Below, piece after piece: positions 45,001 through 54,121 of a stretch of 64,000 bases of DNA. The notes under the pieces were generated by a model. The model was not told where the DNA came from. It worked only from the letters and a program-made list of their open reading frames with translations, and did not search any database. Made by a program: the position numbers and the translations under genes. The DNA is from Auanema rhodensis (lineage: Eukaryota; Animalia; Nematoda): the NCBI GenBank assembly GCA_964057225.1, contig OZ059899.1:20336001-20400000 (forward strand), read 5' to 3'. Numbering within the stretch: position 1 is the first letter of the stretch; each line of letters begins with the position of its first letter.

Positions 45001-48000
45001 TTTAATTTATGCTAATTAAATGTACACGTGATGTGCACTTGGTATGTAATTTGCTTCACGTGAAAGATAAAGAGATGCGGTTTTCAAAATTAGATTCCCC
45101 ATGTCCATATTAGTCTTAAAACAAATTTTTATTGATATTGGTGCATGGTAACCATGACTTTGAAATTTACGTGAACTTTAATTTATGCTAATTAAATGTA
45201 CACGTGATGTGCACTTGGTATGTAACTCGCTTCACGTGAAAGATAAAGAGATGCAGTTCTCAAAATTAGATTCCCCATGTCCATATTAGTCTAAAAACAA
45301 ATTTTTATTGATATTGGTGCATGGTAACCATGACTTTGAAATTTACGTGAACTTTATTTTATGCTACATAAATGTACACGTGGTGTGCACTCGGTATGTA
45401 TCTCGCTTCACGTGAAAGATAAAGAGATGCGGTTTCCAAAATTAGATTCCCCATGTCCATATTAGTCTAAAAACAGTTTTTTACTGATATTGGTGCATGG
45501 TAACCATGATTTTGAAATTTACGTGAACTTTATTTTATGCTACATAAATGTACACGTGGTGTGCACTCGGTATGTATCTCGCTTCACGTGAAAGATAAAG
45601 AGATGCGGTTTCCAAAATTAGATTCCCCATGTCCATATTAGTCTAAAAACAAATTTTTATCGATATTGGTGCATGGTAACCATGACTTTGAAATTTACGT
45701 GAACTTTATTTTATGCTACATAAATGTACACATGGTGTGCACTCGGTATGTATCTCGCTTCACGTGAAAGATAAAGAGATGCGGTTTCCAAAATTAGATT
45801 CCCCATGTCCATATTAGTCTAAAAACAAATTTTTATTGATATTGGTGCATGGTAACCATGACTTTGAAATTTACGTGAACTTTAATTTATGCTAATTAAA
45901 TGTACACGTGGTGTGCACTCGGTATGTAACTCGCTTCACGTGAAAGATAAAGAGATGCGGTTTTTAAAATTAGATTCCCCATGTCCATATTAGTCTGAAA
46001 ACAAATTTTTATTGATATTGGTGCATGGTAACCATGACTTTGAAATTTACGTGAACTTTATTTTATGCTACATAAATGTACACGTGGTGTGCACTCGGTA
46101 TGTATCTCGCTTCACGTGAAAAATAAAGAGATGCGGTTTCCAAAATTAGATTCCCCATGTCCATATTAGTCTAATAACAAATTTTTATCGATATTGGTGC
46201 ATGGTAACCATGACTTTGAAATTTACATGAACTTTATTTTATGCTACATAAATGTACACGTGGTGTGCACTCGGTATGTATCTCGCTTCACGTGAAAGAT
46301 AAAGAGATGCGGTTTCCAAAATTAGATTCCCCATGTCCATATTAGTCTAAAAACAGTTTTTTACTGATATTGGTGCATGGTAACCATGATTTTGAAATTT
46401 ACGTGAACTTTAATTTATGCTAATTAAATGTACACATGGTGTGCACTCGGTATGTAACTCGCTTCACGTGAAAGATAAAGAGATGCGGTTTTCGAAATTA
46501 GATTCCCCATGTCCATATTAGTCTAAAAACAAATTTTTATTGATATTGCTGCATGGTAACCATGACTTTGAAATTTACGTGAACTTTAATTTATGCTAAT
46601 TAAATGTACACGTGATGTGCACTTGGTATGTAACTCGCTTCACGTGAAAGATAAAGAGATGCAGTTCTCAAAATTAGATTCCCCATGTCCATATTAGTCT
46701 AAACACAAATTTTTATTGATATTGGTGCATGGTAACCATGACTTTGAAATTTACGTGAACTTTAATTTATGCTAATTAAATGTACACGTGATGTGCACTT
46801 GGTATGTAACTTGCTTCACGTGAAAGATAAAGAGATGCGGTTTTCAAAATTAGATTCCCCATGTCCATATTAGTCTTAAAACAAATTTTTATTGATATTG
46901 GTGCATGGTAACCATGACTTTGAAATTTACGTGAACTTTAATTTATGCTAATTAAATGTACACGTGATGTGCACTTGGTATGTAACTTGCTTCACGTGAA
47001 AGATAAAGAGATGCGGTTTTCAAAATTAGATTCCCCATGTCCATATTAGTCTTAAAACAAATTTTTATTGATATTGGTGCATGGTAACCATGACTTTGAA
47101 ATTTACGTGAACTTTAATTTATGCTAATTAAATGTACACGTGGTGTGCACCCGGTATGTAACTCGCTTCACGTGAAAGATAAAGAGATGAGGTTTTCCCA
47201 ATTAGATTCCCCATGTCCATATTAGTCTAAAAACAAATTTTTATCGATATTGGTGCATGGTAACCATGACTTTGAAATTTACGTGAACTTTATTTTATGC
47301 TACATAAATGTACACGTGGTGTGCACTCGGTATGTATCTCGCTTCACGTGAAAGATAAAGAGATGCGGTTTCCAAAATTAGATTCCCCATGTCCATATTA
47401 GTCTAAAAACAGTTTTTTACTGATATTGGTGCATGGTAACCATGATTTTGAAATTTACGTGAACTTTAATTTATGCTAATTAAATGTACACATGGTGTGC
47501 ACTCGGTATGTAACTCGCTTCACGTGAAAGATAAAGAGATGCGGTTTTCAAAATTAGATTCCCCATGTCCATATTAGTCTAAAAACAAATTTTTATTGAT
47601 ATTGGTGCATGGTAACCATGACTTTGAAATTTACGTGAACTTTAATTTATGCTAATTAAACGTACACGTGGTGTGCACTCGGTATGTAACTCGCTTCACG
47701 TGAAAGATAAAGAGATGCGGTTTTCAAAATTAGATTCCCCATGTCCATATTAGTCTAAAAACAAATTTTTATTGATATTGGTGCATGGTAACCATGACTT
47801 TGAAATTTACGTGAACTTTAATTTATGCTAATTAAATGTACACGTGATGTGCACTTGGTATGTAACTTGCTTCACGTGAAAGATAAAGAGATGCGGTTTT
47901 CAAAATTAGATTCCCCATGTCCATATTAGTCTTAAAACAAATTTTTATTGATATTGGTGCATGGTAACCATGACTTTGAAATTTACGTGAACTTTATTTT

Positions 48001-51000
48001 ATGCTACATAAATGTACACGTGGTGTGCACTCGGTATGTATCTCGCTTCACGTGAAAGATAAAGAGATGCGGTTTCCAAAATTAGATTCCCCATGTCCAT
48101 ATTAGTCTAAAAACAGTTTTTTACTGATATTGGTGCATGGTAACCATGATTTTGAAATTTACGTGAACTTTAATTTATGCTAATTAAATGTACACATGGT
48201 GTGCACTCGGTATGTAACTCGCTTCACGTGAAAGATAAAGAGATGCGGTTTTCAAAATTAGATTCCCCATGTCCATATTAGTCTAAAAACAAATTTTTAT
48301 TGATATTGGTGCATGGTAACCATGACTTTGAAATTTACGTGAACTTTAATTTATGCTAATTAAACGTACACGTGGTGTGCACTCGGTATGTAACTCGCTT
48401 CACGTGAAAGATAAAGAGATGCGGTTTTCAAAATTAGATTCCCCATGTCCATATTAGTCTAAAAACAAATTTTTATTGATATTGGTGCATGGTAACCATG
48501 ACTTTGAAATTTACGTGAACTTTAATTTATGCTAATTAAATGTACACGTGATGTGCACTTGGTATGTAACTCGCTTCACGTGAGAGATAAAGAGATGCGG
48601 TTTTTAAAATTAGATTCCCCATGTCCATATTAGTCTGAAAACAAATTTTTATTGATATTGGTGCATGGTAACCATGACTTTGAAATTTACGTGAACTTTA
48701 ATTTATGCTAATTAAATGTACACGTGGTGTGCACTCGGTATGTAACTCGCTTCACGTGAGAGATAAAGAGATGCGGTTTTTAAAATTAGATTCCCCATGT
48801 CCATATTAGTCTGAAAACAAATTTTTATTGATATTGGTGCATGGTAACCATGACTTTGAAATTTACGTGAACTTTAATTTATGCTAATTAAATGTACACG
48901 TGATTTGCACTTGGTATGTAACTCGCTTCACGTGAACGATAAGGAGATGCGGTTTTCAAAATTAGATTCCCCATGTCCATATTAGTCTAAAAACAAATTT
49001 TTATCGATATTGGTGCATGGTAACCATGACTTTGAAATTTACGTGAACTTTATTTTATGCTACATAAATGTACACGTGGTGTGCACTCGGTATGTATCTC
49101 GCTTCACGTGAAAGATAAAGAGATGCGGTTTCCAAAATTAGATTCCCCATGTCCATATTAGTCTAAAAACAGTTTTTTACTGATATTGGTGCATGGTAAC
49201 CATGATTTTGAAATTTACGTGAACTTTAATTTATGCTAATTAAATGTACACATGGTGTGCACTCGGTATGTAACTCGGTTCACGTGAAAGATAAAGAGAT
49301 GCGGTTTTCAAAATTAGATTCCCCATGTCCATATTAGTCTAAAAACAAATTTTTATTGATATTGGTGCATGGTAACCATGACTTTGAAATTTACGTGAAC
49401 TTTAATTTATGCTAATTAAACGTACACGTGGTGTGCACTCGGTATGTAACTCGCTTCACGTGAAAGATAAAGAGATGCGGTTTTCAAAATTAGATTCCCC
49501 ATGTCCATATTAGTCTAAAAACAAATTTTTATTGATATTGGTGCATGGTAACCATGACTTTGAAATTTACGTGAACTTTAATTTATGCTAAGTAAATGTA
49601 CACGTGATGTGCACTTGGTATGTAACTCGCTTCACGTGAGAGATAAAGAGATGCGGTTTTTAAAATTAGATTCCCCATGTCCATATTAGTCTGAAAACAA
49701 ATTTTTATTGATATTGGTGCATGGTAACCATGACTTTGAAATTTACGTGAACTTTAATTTATGCTAATTAAATGTACACGTGATGTGCACTTGGTATGTA
49801 ACTCGCTTCACGTGAAAAATAAAGAGATGCGGTTTTCAAAATTAGATTCCCCATGTCCATATTGGTCTAAAAACAAATAACTCGCTTCACGTGAAAGATA
49901 AAGAGATGCGGTTTTCAAAATTAGATTCCCCATGTCCATATTAGTCTAAAAACAAATTTTTATTGATATTGGTGCATGGTAACCATGACTTTGAAATTTA
50001 CGTGAACTTTAATTTATGCTAATTAAATGTACACGTGGTGTGCACTCGGTATGTAACTCGCTTCACGTGAGAGATAAAGAGATGCGGTTTTTAAAATTAG
50101 ATTCCCCATGTCCATATTAGTCTGAAAACAAATTTTTATTGATATTGGTGCATGGTAACCATGACTTTGAAATTTACGTGAACTTTAATTTATGCTAATT
50201 AAATGTACACGTGATTTGCACTTGGTATGTAACTCGCTTCACGTGAACGATAAGGAGATGCGGTTTTCAAAATTAGATTCCCCATGTCCATATTAGTCTA
50301 AAAACAAATTTTTATTGATATTGGTGCATGGTAACCATGACTTTGAAATTTACGTGAACTTTAATTTATGCTAATTAAATGTACACGTGATTTGCACTTG
50401 GTATGTAACTCGCTTCACGTGAACGATAAGGAGATGCGGTTTTCAAAATTAGATTCCCCATGTCCATATTAGTCTAAAAACAAATTTTTATTGATATTGG
50501 TGCATGGTAACCATGACTTTGAAATTTACGTGAACTTTAATTTATGCTAATTAAATGTACACGTGATGTGCACTTGGTATGTAACTCGCTTCACGTGAAA
50601 AATAAAGAGATGCGGTTTTCAAAATTAGATTCCCCATGTCCATATTGGTCTAAAAACAAATAACTCGCTTCACGTGAGAGATAAAGAGATGCGGTTTTCA
50701 AAATTAGATTCCCCATGTCCATATTAGTCTGAAAACAAATTTTTATTGATATTGGTGCATGGTAACCATGACTTTGAAATTTACGTGAACTTTAATTTAT
50801 GCTAATTAAATGTACACGTGATTTGCACTTGGTATGTAACTCGCTTCACGTGAACGATAAGGAGATGCGGTTTTCAAAATTAGATTCCCCATGTCCATAT
50901 TAGTCTTAAAACAAATTTTTATTGATATTGGTGCATGGTAACCATGACTTTGAAATTTACGTGAACTTTAATTTATGCTAATTAAATGTACACGTGATGT

Positions 51001-51953
51001 GCACTTGGTATGTAACTTGCTTCACGTGAAAGATAAAGAGATGCGGTTTTCAAAATTAGATTCCCCATGTCCATATTAGTCTTAAAACAAATTTTTATTG
51101 ATATTGGTGCATGGTAACCATGACTTTGAAATTTACGTGAACTTTAATTTATGCTAATTAAATGTACACGTGATGTGCACTTGGTATGTAACTCGCTTCA
51201 CGTGAAAAATAAAGAGATGCGGTTTTCAAAATTAGATTCCCCATGTCCATATTAGTCTAAAAACAAATAACTCGCTTCACGTGAAAGATAAAGAGATGCG
51301 GTTTTCAAAATTAGACTCCCCATGTCCATATTAGTCTAAAAACAAATTTTTATTGATATTGGTGCATGGTAACCATGACTTTGAAATTTACGTGAACTTT
51401 AATTTATGCTAATTAAATGTACACGTGGTGTGCACTCGGTATGTAACTCGCTTCACGTGAGAGATAAAGAGATGCGGTTTTTAAAATTAGATTCCCCATG
51501 TCCATATTAGTCTGAAAACAAATTTTTATTGATATTGGTGCATGGTAACCATGACTTTGAAATTTACGTGAACTTTAATTTATGCTAATTAAATGTACAC
51601 GTGATTTGCACTTGGTATGTAACTCGCTTCACGTGAACGATAAGGAGATGCGGTTTTCAAAATTAGATTCCCCATGTCCATATTAGTCTAAAAACAAATT
51701 TTTATTGATATTGGTGCATGGTAACCATGACTTTGAAATTTACGTGAACTTTAATTTATGCTAATTAAATGTACACGTGATGTGCACTTGGTATGTAACT
51801 CGCTTCACGTGAAAAATAAAGAGATGCGGTTTTCAAAATTAGATTCCCCATGTCCATATTAGTCTAAAAACAAATAACTCGCTTCACGTGAAAGATAAAG
51901 AGATGCGGTTTTCAAAATTAGACTCCCCATGTCCATATTAGTCTAAAAACAAA
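31998..51953. repeat. Region containing the twelve 79-bp partial monomers (monomer positions 64-142), junction 'aaaacaaat|aactcgc'
   Basis: The junction T lies at 31998, 33661, 34092, 35755, 37770, 40313, 40392, 42759 (variant acagat), 49878, 50661, 51268 and 51875. Each junction shifts the array phase by exactly 79 bp, e.g. monomer starts 31857 -> 32112 = 255 bp. Confidence 0.95.
35614..39643. repeat. Tandem duplication of a 2015-bp Satellite A block (11 monomers + 79 bp)
   Basis: Junctions 35755/37770, marker 'accataact' (35861/37876) and marker 'gcttattaa' (36951/38966) are offset by 2015. The 'cccatttcc' monomers repeat in the same order. Confidence 0.88.
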
Positions 51954-52042
51954 TTTTTATTGATATTGGTGCATGGTAACCATGACTTTGAAATTTACGT
52001 GAACTTTAATTTATGCTAATTAAATGTACACGTGATGTGCAC

Positions 52043-52056
52043 TTGGTATGTTGGTA
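52043..52056. other. Satellite A/B junction with a short locally templated filler (ttggta-tg-ttggta)
   Basis: The sequence reads ...gcacTTGGTAtgTTGGTAcaccctgaag... Satellite A would continue 'aactcgc' after 52051, and Satellite B normally has 'gatttt' before 'caccctgaag'. So tggta (52052-52056) belongs to neither and repeats 52044-52048. Confidence 0.85.
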
Positions 52057-53077
52057 CACCCTGAAGAATTAATTTTTTTGTTGAATAACATTGTCCATCG
52101 TCTTCGCCTTGAAAAAAGGAATCTAAAAACATCTATTTTTTGTGAAATTATTTTGAAATTTTTAGGGAAAATTTTTGTCAAAATGTTTTTGGAAGCAATG
52201 TTGAAACTCAACATACACTAATACATCATTTTTTAAACGATCATAACTAATTTTTATATTGAGCGTTTCTCAATGTAGTATAGTGCATTCGATGCGGATT
52301 TTTAAGCTGCGTCGATCTGTGTTATCAGATTTGCGCTAGCTTAAAAATGCACCGAGATATCAACTGATATAAGTTCACACTTATATCCTCGATTTTCACC
52401 CTGAAGAATTAATTTTTTTGTTGAATAACATTGTCCATCGTCTTCGCCTTGAAAAAAGGAATCTAAAAACATCTATTTTTTGTGAAATTATTTTGAAATT
52501 TTTAGGGAAAATTTTTGTCAAAATGTTTTTGGAAGCAATGTTGAAACTCAACATACACTAATACATCATTTTCTAAACGATCATAACTAATTTTTGTATT
52601 GAGCGTTTCTCAATGTAGTATAGTGCATTCGATGCGGATTTTTAAGCTGCGTCGATCTGTGTTATCAGATTTGCGCTAGCTTAAACATGCACCGAGATAT
52701 CAACTGTTATAAGTTCACACTTATATCCTCGATTTTCACCCTGAAGAATTAATTTTTTTTGTTGAATAACATTGTCCATCGTCTTCGCCTTGAAAAAAGG
52801 AATCTAAAAACATCTATTTTTTGTGAAATTATTTCGAAATTTTTAGGGAAAATTTTTGTCAAAATGTTTTTGGAAGCAATGTTGAAACTCAACATACACT
52901 AATACATCATTTTTCAAACGATCATAACTAATTTTTGTATTAAGCGTTTCTCAATGTAGTATAGTGCATTCGATGCGGATTTTCAATCTGCGTCGATCTG
53001 TGTTATCAGATTTGCGCTATCTTCAAAATGCACCGAGATATCAACTGATATATGTTCACACTTATATCCTCGATTTT
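52057..53077. repeat. Junction-proximal Satellite B subtype: three 340/340/341-bp monomers lacking 'gtgtacatgga'
   Basis: These read 'gcaatgttgaaactcaac' where the consensus is 'gcaatgttgagtgtacatggaaactcaac'. They also share 'atctattttt' and 'aatacatc'. One further deleted monomer lies at ~58480. Confidence 0.93.
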
Positions 53078-53920
53078 CAACCTGAAGAATTAATTTCTTC
53101 GTTGAATAACAATGTCCATCGTCTTCGCCTTGAAAAAAAGAATCTAAAAACATCTACTTTTTGTGAAATTATCTTGAAATTTTTAGGGAAAATTTTTGTC
53201 AAAATGTTTTTGGAAGCAATGTTGAGTATACATGGAAACTCAACATACACTAATGCATCATTTTTCAAACGATCATAACTAATTTTTGTATTGAGGGTTT
53301 CTCAATGTAGTATAGTGCATTCGATGCGGATTTTTAAGCTGCGTCGATCTATGTTATCAGATTTGCGCTATCTTAAAAATGCACCGAGATATCAACTGAT
53401 ATAAGTTCACACTTATATCCTCGATTTTCACCCTGAAGAATTAATTTTTTCGTTGAATAACATTGTCCATCGTCTTCGCCTTGAAAAAAGGAATCTAAAA
53501 ACATTTACTTTTTGTGAAATTATTTTGAAATTTTCAGGGAAAATTTTTGTCAAAATGTTTTTGGAAGCAATGTTGAGTGTACATGGAAACTCAACATACA
53601 CTAATGCATCTTTTTTCAAACGATCATAACTAATTTTTGTATTAAGCGTTTTTTAATGTAGTATAGTGCATTCGATGCGGATTTTTAAGCTGCGTCGATC
53701 TGTGTTATCAGATTTGCGCTAGCTTAAAAATGCACCGAGATATCAACTGATATAAGTTCACACTTATATCCTCGATTTTCACCCTGAAGAATTAATTTTT
53801 TCGTTGAATAACATTGTCCATCGTCTTCGCCTTGAAAAACAGAATCTAAAAACATCTACTTTTTGTGAAATTATTTTGAAATTTTCAGGGAAAATTTTTG
53901 TCAAAATGTTTTTGGAAGCA

Positions 53921-53948
53921 ATGTTGAGTGTACATGGAAACTCAACAT
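53921..53948. other. Satellite B inverted repeat 1: ATGTTGAGT-(10 nt)-ACTCAACAT (example copy)
   Basis: Perfect 9-bp stem with loop gtacatggaa. Confidence 0.85.
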
Positions 53949-54099
53949 ACACTAATGCATCATTTTTCAAACGATCATAACTAATTTTTGTATCGAGCGT
54001 TTCTCAATGTAGTATAGTGCATTCGATGCGGATTTTTAAGCTGCGTCGATCTATGTTATCAGATTTGCGCTATCTTAAAAATGCACCGAGATATCAACT

Positions 54100-54121
54100 G
54101 ATATAAGTTCACACTTATATC
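54100..54121. other. Satellite B inverted repeat 2: GATATAAGT-TCAC-ACTTATATC (example copy)
   Basis: Perfect 9-bp stem with a 4-nt loop. Confidence 0.85.

Larger units (their letters stand above)
1..52051. repeat. Satellite A: head-to-tail tandem array of a 176-bp AT-rich monomer (290 full monomers + 12 x 79-bp partial units + terminal 63-bp partial); probable centromeric/pericentromeric satellite
   Basis: The monomer start 'tgaaatttacgtgaac' recurs at 1, 177, 881 (5x176), 2641 (15x176), 31681 (180x176). The last start is at 51989 = 1 + 290x176 + 12x79. Monomers differ only by a small set of recurrent substitutions. The array is seen directly; the centromeric role is inferred only from the nucleosome-scale length, AT richness and homogeneity. 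Confidence 0.98.

Noticed and set aside
1-52051. Identity with known ~171-178 bp satellites (Brassica CentBr 176 bp, Arabidopsis CEN178, primate alpha satellite, honeybee AluI 176 bp)
   Set aside because: Only the length matches. The sequence does not resemble what I recall of the plant or primate repeats, and I cannot verify the insect ones without a BLAST search.
52043-52056. ttggta duplication as a transposon target-site duplication
   Set aside because: The two copies are only 2 bp apart with no element between them. An excision footprint cannot be excluded but has no further support here.
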